From Balanoglossus misakiensis (taxonomy: Eukaryota; Animalia; Hemichordata), in NCBI GenBank assembly GCA_040954595.2, contig CM082584.2, forward strand, positions 6,080,110 to 6,144,109: a stretch of 64,000 bases of DNA. Reading direction: 5' to 3'. Within the stretch, counting starts at the first letter, position 1; each line of letters begins with the position of its first letter. The notes below the pieces were generated by a model. It saw only the letters and a program-made list of their open reading frames with translations, had not been told where the DNA came from and did not search any database. Shown here in pieces: positions 39,548 through 53,700 of the stretch. A program made the position numbers and the translations under genes.

Positions 39548-39880
39548 CATACATGCATGCATGCATGCATGCATGCATGCATACATACATACATACATAC
39601 ATACATACATACATACATACATACATACATACATACATACATACATACATACATACATACATACATACATACATACATACATACATACATACATACATAC
39701 ATACATACATACATACATACATACATACATACATACATACATACATACATACATACATACATACATACATACATACATACATACATACATACATACATAC
39801 ATACATACATACACATTCCCAATCAATCAATCAATCAATCAATTGATCGATCGATCGATCGATCAGTAAATCAATCAATC
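39548..39880. repeat. Compound tetranucleotide array (ATGC)n(ATAC)n(AATC)n(GATC)n
   Basis: Direct observation. Produces the spurious YIHT and MYVC ORFs. Confidence 0.97.
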
Positions 39881-40970
39881 AGCCAACCAACCAAACAATC
39901 AATAGTTCAAAGTCACGAGTTAACACATCTTCATTTTATTGAATATTCCATAACCAACCAAGTTCTAGCAAAATGAAAACGTCTGGGGTAAATGCGCACA
40001 CAACTTCAAAATCAATAAGATAAATGTGCTTTCTACATAGGACAGTAATATTTCTGAATAAAACTACTCTTACTTTTTTTATTTCTTTATTTATACAATG
40101 GTGTGACATCATATAATAAATATTCCAATCAATGCCGCAATGTTGTCGACATGCATTTTAGGAAATCTATTTGATAACGCAGATGTTAATATTAATGTTT
40201 TAAGGGTTGTTTGCCAGAATTTATAGTTCAGGTAGTATGTTGATGGGACGAATAAAATATAGGTCTAATCTAACCGATCACAAACTATAAAGAAACAAAT
40301 CAAGCATATGAATTGCCATTGGCTAAGGAAATGATATCAACACCCCATTAAAAATAAAGGCACTTGAAATGGTTGTTTTTGTATTTTGCATATTAACTTT
40401 CGAATGAGGGAATGTAATTCCCGATTCTCTACATGAAATCAAGCATAAATGTAAATATGTAAAATGGTATAAATATACCAGAAATCGTAACAATATAAGT
40501 ATTTTACATCTTCATCTTGATAGAACAATGTGTCAACATATAACATTTACCAAGTTGTTGATTGTATACTTGAAAATCTCATGCTGAACATGGGTTGAGA
40601 TCATGCTTACAATATTATTCACAAAAGTTTCACTGGATTATTGGAAGCCCGTGGGTTAAAACTTAAGGCTGAAGATATTGAAATGTTATTTGACTAGAAT
40701 ATCCATTGCTTGCTGTACACTGCAACAAGATACACACCACAAACTTTCACTTCTCAGAATTCCTTATCTCGGCATTTCGTGTCACGTAAAATTGGTGAAG
40801 CAGTATAGGTCAAATCTGAAAGATTACATTACTGGATATTTGGCCCAGTATGGAGTAAATGAACATAGCAAATCAGTTGAGTAAATATAATCTGCTAAAA
40901 TGTCAAATAGCAGAATTCCAAGTCTAAAAAATGAAAGCGAAAGTTTAAAATCGTGCGCGTTTCGTTATGT

Positions 40971-41734
40971 TTATGTTATGTATTTATTTCTGTTTGGTGA
41001 TAAGCTGTAGATGTTTTCCTCCGAAGCGACCTCAGTGTCCTCGACAAAGTCTCGTGACTGGAACGTAGTCGGCGACTCGTCTTCGAAGGGAACCATTCTG
41101 GGTGGTGCTGGGTCGTCTGAGTAGATGTTTTCGGCCCGACTGGACCCGCCAACTTCGCCTGCAGTATCATCCTCGATGGCCGCTGCTCGTACGTGTTGAC
41201 TTTCTTCGCGGCCACGGGACGCGTCTCCAACTGAGCCGGCGTCCTCCTGGTGGGCGAAGGCTGCATTGTCGAAGATGGCCATCTCACTGGGAGTCATCGA
41301 GATGTTATCAGCCGACTGGGTCATCGAGATGTTATCAGCCGATTCGCTCAACCCGGCCACTCGGAGGTGTCCCACCGACAAGGTGTCCCTGGTGGTACGG
41401 TCGTCCTCGTCGTTGTGGAGGTCGAACTCCTGCGGTGGTATGTCCCCCCTGCTTTCGGCACCTGACATTGTCCTACTGTAGAAGTCGTCTTTCGACGGGT
41501 TGCCAGTGCCGCTCCTCAAAGAAGAACGCAGGAGCCAGGACTGTGTGACAGAGCCCAGGGAGAAATTCGTACCGATGCCCGCGAAGGCTTTTTGATTGGC
41601 GTGGTCTTCCGATTGTCTCTTAGCCTTGCTCTTTTTCTTCCTGTACCGCATGACAAGTACAACAGCGATCAGAACAACCAGAGCCAATGTTACGGAGACA
41701 GTGACAACAATGATCCAGCCATACTGAGTGTCTC
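40971..41734 (-). CDS. Gene D TM and acidic cytoplasmic tail exon
   Basis: [24 protein letters not shown] followed by the RYRKKK stop-transfer signal, then a tail with two ENIYS motifs. Confidence 0.9.
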
Positions 41735-44700
41735 CTGCAAAAAATGAAAAAAGGTCGTTTTATTTCCAGATTCAAGACACCGCATGAAGTAAGAAAGTGT
41801 TCCAGAACGTGTTCGTATCCCTCACATGTACCGTTAGGGAATCTGCTGACCGATCGTGTACATTTATCGCCTGGAATTTATTCAGTGTGGTGACAGTCTA
41901 ACAGATAATTTCCGAACTCCATGAAAACTTGCGAAATGTCGCGTTCCAATCAGTTAAGATAGAGGACATTCTTACATCTATGTGTCACATGACAAACAAG
42001 ACATCAGCAATCGTGATACATTGTAATTGGCACAAACGGTACATATCTGCACCTATTCTAGTTTTCCAAATTGGGAATTTTATTTCATCGCATTTCCGAC
42101 TACTGTAGCAAAGCATAAGTTCTGGTACGTTGACCACATCACTATCTGCGAATCATCTGGAAGAATCCGTCTATGTAACATAGCATATGTTCGTACTGTG
42201 TATCGCACCATTCAGAACATACACATATACGGCCGTGGTAAAGTAGTAATGGGTACATGGTAAAAGAATGTGACTGGAGATGACTTACCGTGCGAGATTG
42301 GCTTTGCGGTAGGTGCTGAAAACAAATGGGAAATAATTTGGAGTGAGAATACAGAAGAAAAAAAACAAGGAAGAAAAAAGAAAGTTGCATTGCAATATTT
42401 TGACTAATTTTGTTGCATGTTTCATGAAATTTGAAAATCATTTTTAAGTCAACATGGTCGCAGGGTATTAAATACCAAAAACGCTGTCCGTCAACAAAAT
42501 GAATGTGTAAAAAATGAGAGACACTAGTGCGAAAAATGAATTATGCTTTAATGGTGAATAGCAATACATTATATTGAGACCAGCACAGCGTCTATTGTCG
42601 ATTGGCCAAAGTTGCCGTCCTTTACAACATACAATACATAGGCCATGTCTGAAAAACGCAATGTGATATCGATTGATGGGTACACAAGCCCCCAAAACAT
42701 TGACATTGGGAATAATTACAATGCCGTTATCTCACCTAGAGTAGTGCACTCTCCTTCATAGCAAACTGAGTCATACACACTGTCGCCTATACAATCAGCA
42801 CCGCCGTTGTAGGGTGGCGGGTTGGTACAGTTGCGTCTCAATTGCTGCCACCCGTATCCACACGTCGCGTTGCACGGTCCCAGCTCCTCTGGTTCGCTCC
42901 AACCTCCGTCGACGATTACAAACACCCCCTCGGTCGCACTCAGATCGCCGGGCAATGTTCCATCGTTGATGCCCGTTTCTAGCGTGGTTTCTATTTCACT
43001 CATAAGATCCAGCATGCCACTTTCCTCACTAGTTTGGACTGACGAAGGGGGTTTAACTTCCTGGAAAGCAAGTTGGAATAAGTGCATTGAACTAGGTTTC
43101 CTTTCCAAACATGAATGATGTTTGTCAAGGAGTTACAATCTTCACTAATTTAATTTAATTTAATTTAATTTTCATTCATTCATTCATTCATTCATTCATT
43201 CATTCATTCATTCATTCATTCATTCATTCATTCATTCATTCATTCATTCATTCATATATTCATTTGTTTGTTTTCTGTTTTGTTTCAACACCCAATCACC
43301 TAAATTAAGTTCACTGGGCATTGAAAGTCATGCAAGGAAACAGACATGTTTTACGGTGATTAATTTTGATATCCTATAATTCCAGTAAATACCTTGGTTG
43401 TACATGCAAGGAAACAGACATGTTTTACGGTGATTAATTTTGATATCCTATAATTCCAGTAAATACCTTGGTTGTACATGTAGGTGTTGTAACCGCCCGT
43501 TTCAGGCGTTGGGGTTTATCGTGTACTTACCACTTCTGTCCTGACAATCATCCGTGTACTACTAACTTCACGTTTACGTCTATTGTAGTTGCGTTGCGAC
43601 TCGGGCACAATCTCACACCGAATAGCACTGCATTCTGGGAAGGCGATCTCACTCATCAGGTACTTGGCGAGGTCTTTGCAGAGCTTCGCCAATGTTAGCG
43701 ACTGCAAGGGTGAATAATTTACAAGTTACAAATGTGGAGTACAGGTTTCTGTTTAGACAATTTTCAATACGTGTACAATGTTTAAGTTAATTTCATATTC
43801 CCTAGTAGAAAGACTCTGAATGGGCGACAGCGGACAATGTAACTGATCATGGATGGGCTATGGTTATATTACTTGTATCCTACCTCTATAATCTGTGATT
43901 GGTCGTACACTATGTCCATCACACCGCAATTGTCGTATGTTCCGCTTTCATGGCCGAAGCACGGGGAGTTTTCCTCCACGATCCTTTGGTATTCGTTATC
44001 GGCTTTGCACACGCTGATTTGATCGTTGCATCCGGGCTGTATGCACTGCGTCGTTGTGATCTGACAGGTCATGTCAGCTTTGCACTGGTCATCTTCGGAT
44101 TTAGAAGAGGACTTCGATCCAGCAGCCTTGGCCTTTGATGACGAGCCCGGCGGTGATGTGGGTGATGTGATAGTAATCTGGCATTCAATGTAATCATTCC
44201 AGTACTAGGGGTAAAACAACGACAAATTTCTCTTAGAATGATTCTGTTCCTATACTTTTATGAATGAAAAAAATTATCTGGAATGAGAAGATTCGTTTGT
44301 TCACAGTAGTAACCATGGCATTCAGACTCATCTCCAAACTCCGTTCTCAGAACTTCACACACGGTAAGAGTAAACATCTGCAAAGTACTGTGAGTGCAAA
44401 ATCGACCGGCTAATTCGTGTATATATATCATTTATTTGAAGACGTAAGATTGGGCAACTTTACTTACTTGTGTGCATTGAATAGTTCCATTGTAACAAAC
44501 GCATGCGTCGCAAGAACTGTTGTCGTACAGCACACTTCCATTGGGATAACTGACATTATTTACCACACAGGGAATAGCTGTCACATTAAAGTATAAGTAT
44601 TGAGAAATATATAAGGCAAATGAAGGTATTCAATTGAGATATTAATAGAGTAATCAATAAAACACACAGGTATTACCAGTGAATTTAGAATAACGTATAT

Positions 44701-47700
44701 CTGGCTTGCTTTTTCAAGCCTGTTTTGACACATGTCTCATATTCACTCATATTGTGACTACACCTGACTACCATACTTACGTTCACAGCTGGGCAAAGGG
44801 TCAGACCACAGACCATCGTAACACACGGTCTCCGTGGTATCGTCGGTCTCAAAGTAAGGATCGCAAGCAAAGGACACTTTTGTTGTGGTGGTGACCGGGT
44901 ATTCGTGGAATCCCAGCTGCTCGCCATTTTCAGGTGTGCCAGGGTCGTCGCACCTTCTCAAACACTCGGGTACCGCGGGATCCCAGGCGCTGTCGTTGCA
45001 GACAATTACCGACGACCCGAACAGGTCGTGCATGACGTCACATCCGTAGTAAACTTCAGTTCCGGGAGGAACTGGGTACACCGTCGGATACGGGTCCGTC
45101 TTGAAGCCGTCGCTTGGCTCGCCCGGATCTTGGCACCATCCGTCCTCGATACACTCTGGTGCCGGGTAGTCCCACACTCCATCACGACAGGTCAACTGCG
45201 ACTCGCCAACCATGAGATACCACTGGTCACACTCATACTCCACAGTGGTACCACTGGATACGGGATACGTCACTGGCTCGACCAAAGCTCCGTTCTCTGG
45301 AGTACCTGGGTCACTGCACTGCCTTGAACATTTTGGTACAGGGTCACTCCAAACACTACCGTCCAAACAGGTGAGTTCACTTGCACCAGACAGGTCATAA
45401 TAGGAGTCGCAGCCATAGGTCACAACGGTGCCAAACGAGACTGGATAGTCGTGGCTTTCAACTTGGAAGCCATTATCAGGTGTACCCGGGTCACTACACA
45501 TGTCTGCAAGTTTAAAGTTAAATATTATTCACCTGGTCGTAATATTGTTGAAAATAGGTTACATTGGTGATATATCAAAGCATGTTTTGTTATGTTATGA
45601 AAGCACCAGTCCTCAAAATAACCTCATAGTACTGCATGCAACTATCCTCCATTGTTAGTATTCTTACCCGAAGTACAAGTAGCTCCATCCCATCCTCCGG
45701 AACACACACACTCGTAGCCGTTCACTTTGTCGATACACGTTCCACCATTTTGACAAGGGTTATTTGCACAATCATCGATGTCTGTTGGGGAAAATGTTGA
45801 AAAGAGGTCAGGAGAGTGAAACTTGACTATTGTGACTTTCCGATTTATTTACCTATGTCTGTAACAAGATTACTAAAAACTGGAATCAAGATTACTATCA
45901 AGGTGTCTTAAATGACCATGCCTAAAACATTACAGAAATTAAGATCTGATGAATATTGTCTGGAAGGATCATCTGCCGAGTGTGGTGTCGACCAATGTCA
46001 ACCGTGGCACACACCATTGGTCAGCTTATCATACTTTCGATTTTAACATGTATCTCACTATACAAGTACATTTATGAATCACCAATGTATGCAGTCTATT
46101 AGTTTTGCCTCACCTTCGCAGTAAGGGACAACGTCACTCCACTGCCCATCGTAGCATGTTATGGTCGTTGCGCTGTTGGCCTGGTAACCGGGATCGCACT
46201 CGAATAACACGTTGGTTCCAGTGATGACTGGATAGTTGTAGTCACCAGCTTGATTTCCATTGGTTGGGGTCCCGGGATCGTCGCACCTGCCCAGACATTC
46301 CGGCATCTCTGGGACCCAGACACTCTGGTTGCATGTAATGGACTCGGATCCAAATAAATCGTAGTTGGCGTTGCATTCGTAGACGATGACAGCTCCCGTT
46401 GGGGCGGGATACTCCGGCTGGGGATTGGGATCCTTAATGTACCCATTCTCCAGCTGCCCGGGGTCGTCGCACGTTCCGGTGCACGTCGGCACCTCTTCGT
46501 CCCACAGTCCGTCATGGCAGGTCAACCAGGGACTACCAGTCATCTCGTAGCCATAGTGACATTCGTACTCGATGGTTGTACCACTGGAGACAGGATACGT
46601 CACAGGGTTGACCAGTTCACCATGTTCCGGTGTGCCCGGGTCACTGCACTGCTGGTGGCATTCTGGGACCGTGTCGCTCCACTCTCCACTCAGACAGGTA
46701 ATTTGATGAGTGCCAGAAAGGTCAAAGCCCGAATTGCAACCATAGGTGACTGTTGTGCCGGACGACACAGGGTATGCGTGACCTTCAACTTGGTAACCGT
46801 CTTCAGGGGTGCCGGGATCAGTGCAAGTGCCTGTATTCGTACATTTTAGGAAAAAGTTTCAGTGGCGAAAGTGTATATGGATATGGTGTTTGAGATGTTA
46901 ATCGCTTGGAACAACAACTTGTCAGATATTCGGCTTGGGGAGTTGAACTCCTAAATGGCAACAGCAGTACAAAATGATCGCTCGGAGGTTAACATAAAAC
47001 TACTGGTATGATACATGACCATAGACTATTGGACATTGGCCTTGCACAGTAGATAAGAATAACTGTGCGCAGACTCTGTTATAAAACATACCCGAATCGC
47101 AGTTGTGGCCTTCCCATTCCTCAGTACAAACACACTCGTAGCCATTGACTTGGTCGATGCAAGTTCCGCCATTGTGACAGGGGTTGCTTGCACATTCATC
47201 GATTTCTGTCAAATGAATTTAAGAAAAATAATATAACAGAATTTCATAACTGATTCAGTTTTTTAACATGTTAGTCTGATTTAATGATGTTATCGTCTGA
47301 ATATACAAGCTAGTACAACTATAGTAATTCCACGACAGACACATTTTAACACTACAAGCGTGTTCAAACTCAAACACGAACTCAACACATACTGACAGGA
47401 GAGATAGGAGCGCTACAATGCAGACGATATCCTTTCAACACAATTTAAACTGTGTAACATGAACTTGTGATAGCAAATGCGCCAAAATACCTTCTTCACA
47501 GTCGTATCCCTGCCAGCCCGGTAGACAATCACAGGTGTAGGTCGAACTCTGTTCGGTACAAGTGCCATTGTTCTGACACGGCTCACTTTGACAATAATAG
47601 CCTGCAAAAAAGACCATGCAAGGGAATGATAAGAAAACTCGAGACTGACCTAAACCACCTGGAGATAATGACAAATGGGAGAGTGGAATAGAAGTAGAGG

Positions 47701-50700
47701 CAGAGAGTCTGGGATAATAAAATGAAGCAGATAGATGGAAGTCAGACAAACTGAGTGACTGACAGATCAAAGTAAATTTAATGATTTTTATGAAACAAGG
47801 ATGGTGAACACATCGTATTCTTCTTTATTTGCAATAAGAAGTGTCACAATCTTTAATATAACTTATAATTGTAAGTTTGGAGGGTAATCATTCTCTTATA
47901 ACCAGTCCCCGAGGGGATAAAGCCTTCATTTAATTTTGTTGTAGTTTTAGCAATTCTAGCGTAAAACACCGGGTTATAGTATCATACACAATCATGACTA
48001 CTATACTTTTTGATAGTTTGTTTATATTTTCAGTAGAACTAACCTGTACATGTTCTACCGTTCCCAGTGTAACCTTCGTAGCAGTAACAATCACGGACTC
48101 CTTCATCCAAACCACAGTAAGCGTTTGGATCACATCGTATGGCAACACAATCTAACTGACCGTCCGACAGACATGTGCATTCTTCGTCGCACGCTTCCTT
48201 GACAAACGAGTCGCCATACTGTCAACAGGACAAAACACCACATGAAGTTACGTCAGAATCAGTTTTACCTTAAATCCTTTCAATCAAGCCGAGGTTTCCT
48301 TTCACTGTTTGCGAACATACACTATCTGGATGTAATACAATTGACCTACAAACTAATCACATCTCAGATTTTGTCCGTTTTGTGGTTGTCAAATATAAAA
48401 CTCAAACACTCCGCACACACGCACACATTTCGAGCGGACGTACACAGATACCATATTGTTTGTAAGAGATGCTGAAAATTAAAAACGTACAGGAAAGTAA
48501 CCTTCTTCAGCCAAACACCCACACTCTTCCACAGCAACGCAGGCCCCTTCGTGGTTGACGTACGTCCCGTACGGACATGCGCAGCCTTCGACAAGTCTCG
48601 AATCCACGCATGCGTATTGAGGAGTCGCTTCGTGGCACGTTCGTATGCAAGGCAAGACGGTGTTGTTGTACACTTTGTCGTTCACGCAAGTGAAGGCTGA
48701 GGAAAAAGGTAAACATTAACCGACTCTCGCATTGCCTGAGCTTGTGGCATTTTAGTGTTGTAATATATGGCTCAGAGAAGTATGGCGACAGACTCATTAG
48801 GACTTATCATAGAGATAACCGGCACATCAATAACAGTCCAAATGTGATAACACAAAGACCGATTCGCGCCAAATGTCAAAACGGCAGGCAGAAAGGCGGG
48901 GAGGGAAATTAATAGTCGGACCATTTGTTGTTCTAATAGGGGTATGGAATTTTTTGTAGTTTTAATTTGGGGGAAGAAAATGTTCGAAGTAGTGCTGTGA
49001 TATATCTAATTCTTCCTCTCGCAATCCTGGCCTGTAAGTTAATTGAATATACAATGTAGCTGGTGGTTCGACACAGTCGGACAGTTAAGAAATGACTGTA
49101 AAATCTGAACTTACAGCAAATGTCCTCAGTCCTCCAGGACACGGCCACCCTGTTGTCAAGGCAAACCTGAGCGTATGCTTCGGCGTTCATACACACCCCT
49201 GACCTGTCTGGAAGTTTGGCGCAGACGTCAAACATGCAGGCCGAGAAAAAGTCGTCAGGATTGACCGTTTCATGACAAACAGCGAACGGACCTGTGGGAG
49301 ACAAAACAGCCAATATGTTAATTCCCCTTTGGTCAATCATTCTGCAGCTATCGGTGGTGTGTATATGAGATGGACGGCAATATTTTATGACTGTCTTAAA
49401 GTTCAACAGTTAAATGTTTTGTGAACCGATACCTGTGTATGTCCTTTTCTGCAAAATATTCTATGTATTACATATGGTCGGTTAGCGAGAACGTCACTGT
49501 ACAATTGTTTGGAGATAGAACATTGACTTTGAAAGAAATTAAACGTTGCTACCTATCGAAATCTATTTCTGTATATATCATTGACAGCAATGTTATGTTA
49601 TGAGAAATTGCGACTCACCATTTTCGTCCTTTAGGACCATACACAGGCTATGTGCCTCTTCGGCAAGATCGACGTCAACAGCACAAGGATTACACCCTCC
49701 AGCCGCCGTATCACATTCCTCCTCGTTGGCAACCCACGAATTTCCAAACATGGCCGCTCTGTGTGTATGCTCCATCTCCCGCGGTACCTGTGCAGGGTTA
49801 AAGATGACATTTAACTAAGTCTTGTTGAAACAGACAAAATACCATACCCTCAGCGAATTCCTGGTTTCATGCATGGGTCAAACGGAGTTGGTATTTCGAG
49901 TGTAGAGAGTATACATGTAGCTTGATAGTGAAATGCATATGGAAAGCTTCATTGTTACTGGCAAGGAATATTGTACATTGGGACATTTTCTACACCGGTG
50001 TCGACTATGGACTAATACTACATTGTGTTCTGTGTTAATTGTCAAGTCTCATTATTGCTTAGAATCATTTTCATTTAATCATGATTCACTGACAATACAC
50101 TTACCAAGAGTCCATTAGGATCCGTGAAATCATCGTCAAGATTATCATTGAAATTTCCACACAGACCACGGACATTGTTTTTGTATTCACTGGGAACTTT
50201 AACGTCACCCTGGTGGTTGCCATCCCATCGCACTGTCAGTCCAAAGTCAGTTGTTAGAGTCTGATTGGGATTAAGTGAAGAAATAACGAAATGCATGTTA
50301 AGAGCAAAGTTTTCATGTGTGACTAACATACAAGAACCTACATTTTTTCCATGACTGAGTTTGACTCATTCCCGTTCGACGTCTGTAAGTGGCATATCAC
50401 TCTACCATGAGTAGGAATTCATTTTAAGGGAAAATGGGATGATTTATATATTGTCCCAGATGAAGATTTTAACAATGCAACGTTTGTGTTGGACTGTGAT
50501 TCTTCAGAAGATCAATCAAATCTGCAGAAAACCAAAGCTGAATAATACGATGATAATTTTGATTTATTATGACCGTTACGTCATTAGAGTTTGTTGTTTT
50601 TTATCTATTACACAAATGGCATATTTTTCTTTAAAGACCGATTTTCTCCCCTTTTGAAATGTTCATGAATTGTTCTACTCACAACATATCTTCCTGATCG

Positions 50701-53700
50701 GCGAATTGATACCTCTGGTGATGGTTGGTAGGGTAGTTCCACAATCAACCCATTTACTTGTACTTGTAGGTCTCTCAGCAATCTGATTTCCTGAAAGATT
50801 TTATGAAAGGTGTTATGATTTTATTATGCATAGAAGTGTTATCTAGTTGTCACAGTATTCGACACACAGTGAGCGATAAATACTGCAATCGCCAATAGTC
50901 CTCGAATATATATATACATACCATGCCGTGCACTGTAATAACTATCTGGGTTGTGACACTGGGTTGAGACATTGAGCTGTGGCATTTGGGTTGTGACAGC
51001 TGATCTATGATTTCTTCAGCCGTTGAAGCAATCCACTCTTCGTTGACAACATCAACCGTAAATGATGTCATTGCGTGTGAAGCACTTTCAGTCAGTATGT
51101 ATGTGCATTGGCCCTGGAATTCGTATTTCTCACCATCATAGGTGATATAGTGAGGATCTCCCCAGAAATAACATATTCCATACTCTGAAAGCAAAATTTA
51201 AATATTACATCAAAATCATCACGTCATAGGTGCCCGTATGTTTGGCTACTAGATCCAGCCAGGCTGAGGTCACTGAGAATGAATTTGAATTAGTTTTGAT
51301 TAAAACGCTCAACAATAACGATTGTATCATCTGCCAAAGTATGTTACCAAAAATTCTTCAGAGAACATGATATATTGAAGTAATTGAGAGAGACAGAGAG
51401 CGACAGAGAAACAGGGACAGACAGACAGACAGACAGTCGGAAAGTCAGAGAGAGTTGAGTTTACCAATTTCACAATTCGTTCCTTCGTATCCAACTGGAC
51501 AAAGGCATTGGTACTTGTCAGGTCCATTTACACAAGTTCCACCATTCATGCATGGGTCACTACAACATTCATCAATTTCTATTTAAAAAAGTAATACATC
51601 CACATACATTATTAACAAATGTATTAACAAATTGATTATGCCTGATATAGAATCTGCATAACTTCATATACAAATGCTGCACAAGATTTCAACAGTTTGT
51701 TACCAACATTGCGCTTCCATTTAACCAAAGGACGAAGCTACAAGTGGCTGGAATAAGAAATGATTGGTTAGAAATGAAACATTGATGAGGAGACCTTTAT
51801 TGTGATAGAGCATGTTACATGTATCTTGTGATTTTAAATATATATACTTATACATTGTAAGTATTTAATACTTGTGTTCACTCTGCATATACTCTGTTTG
51901 AACTTCCTTAAAGGAAATACCTTTTCAAACATTCCTCTATAGATGATTTAGACTTTGGGAATCGCCTGCATATTTCGTGAACTGATATTTTGCGTCATGA
52001 TCTGGAGCTCCTTTGCGATTGGTAGTCATAAAATGTTATGTATTCATTCTGTAGTTGTATTTGTATTAAAAATTAGATTACCTGCACAGAACGTGTCGTC
52101 GATTTGTGGGTCCCACAGTCCATCCTTACAAGTCGATTTACCAGGTCCATAGATTGAGTATCCAACATCACATGCAAATGTCACTGTAGTGGTGCTCTGA
52201 ACTGGGTAGTTCAGCTCCTCAATTTGATAGCCGTATTCGGGTGCCCCTGGATCCTCACACCTACCTACACACAGTGGCGGTTCACTACTCCACGTACCAT
52301 CATCATGGCAGACTGTAGCTGTCTCTCCAAAGAGATCATACCCGGCATCACAGCAGTATCTAACAACAGTTCCGGCTTCAACTGGGTATTCATATTCATC
52401 CAACACGTGTCCATTTTCGGGAGTTCCTGGGTGTGAGCAACCTGGAGTGCATTGTGGTATTGGACTGCTCCACTGTCCATTAACGCACGTAATGGTCTCT
52501 TCTCCCACTAAATTGTGGTTTTCTTGGCATGTGAATGACACGTCAGTGCCATGGCAAACTGGATACTCTATGGCCTGCGTTTGATTACCATTATCTGGTG
52601 TACCAGGATCAGTACACTCTCCAACACAACTGGGAGTGGGATTTGTCCAGGATCCGTCTATACAAACAGTAGTAGATTCTTCCATGCAAATTTCTTCGTC
52701 ATTATTGTAGAGCTGATACCCTGTTTCGCAATAGAAACTCACTTCTGTTCCATTGGATGTTGGGTAATCCGTATCTTCAACTTGTCCCCCGTTACTGGGA
52801 CTGCCGGGATCTTCACACTGGGGGATACAGATAGGGAGAGGATTCGACCACGAACCATCCTCACAAAGTGTGTAGTTGTAGCCTGACAACGCGTGAAGTG
52901 TTTCACACTCGAATTCAGTAACAGTTCCATGACAAACAGGGTATGTGTGCTCTGATGTCTGTTTGCCGTTGTCTGGTTCCCCGGGGTCTGAACATGCGCG
53001 TTTGCACATTGGCACAGGGTTTGTCCAGTGGCCATCAAGACACTCAGAAAAATATTCACTCACACACTCATTAGAATCATCAACTAAAACATACTCATCA
53101 TAACACACAAATTCAACAGTTGTACCATTTGAAACAGGATAATCATAAGAAGGAACTTGATATCCATTTGTTGGGGTGCCAGGATCATAGCAACCCGGAG
53201 TACAGCTTGGAATGGGATTGTTCCAAACCCCATCTATGCAAGTTATGTTATATTCCCCATGGAGATCGTACGGTTCCTCGCATTCATAGGCCACACTTGT
53301 GCCATGACAAACAGGGTATTCATGGTCTTCTATTTGTCGTCCGTATTCAGGTTCACCTGGATCCTCACATGCACCCTTGCACTCGGGGACATTTTGTGAC
53401 CATGATCCATTTATGCAAACCATGGTGGCATTATCAATACATGATTCTGAAGATTTATCATACAGGTCATACCCTTCATCACAACAAAACATGATCTCCG
53501 TACTTTCAGAGACAGGATATGAATGCTTGTGACATTGACCACCATTAACAGGCTCCCCAGGGTCATCACACATAGGTTGGCAAACGGGGACACTATTTGT
53601 CCAATTGCCATTGTGACACAAGGTGCTATTGTACCCAATCAACTCAAACATATCGTCACAGGTAAATGGAACCTCTGTCCCATGACAGACAGGGTATGTG

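Noticed and set aside
39492-39976. ORFs of MYVC and YIHT repeats
   Set aside because: Translations of a tetranucleotide microsatellite.
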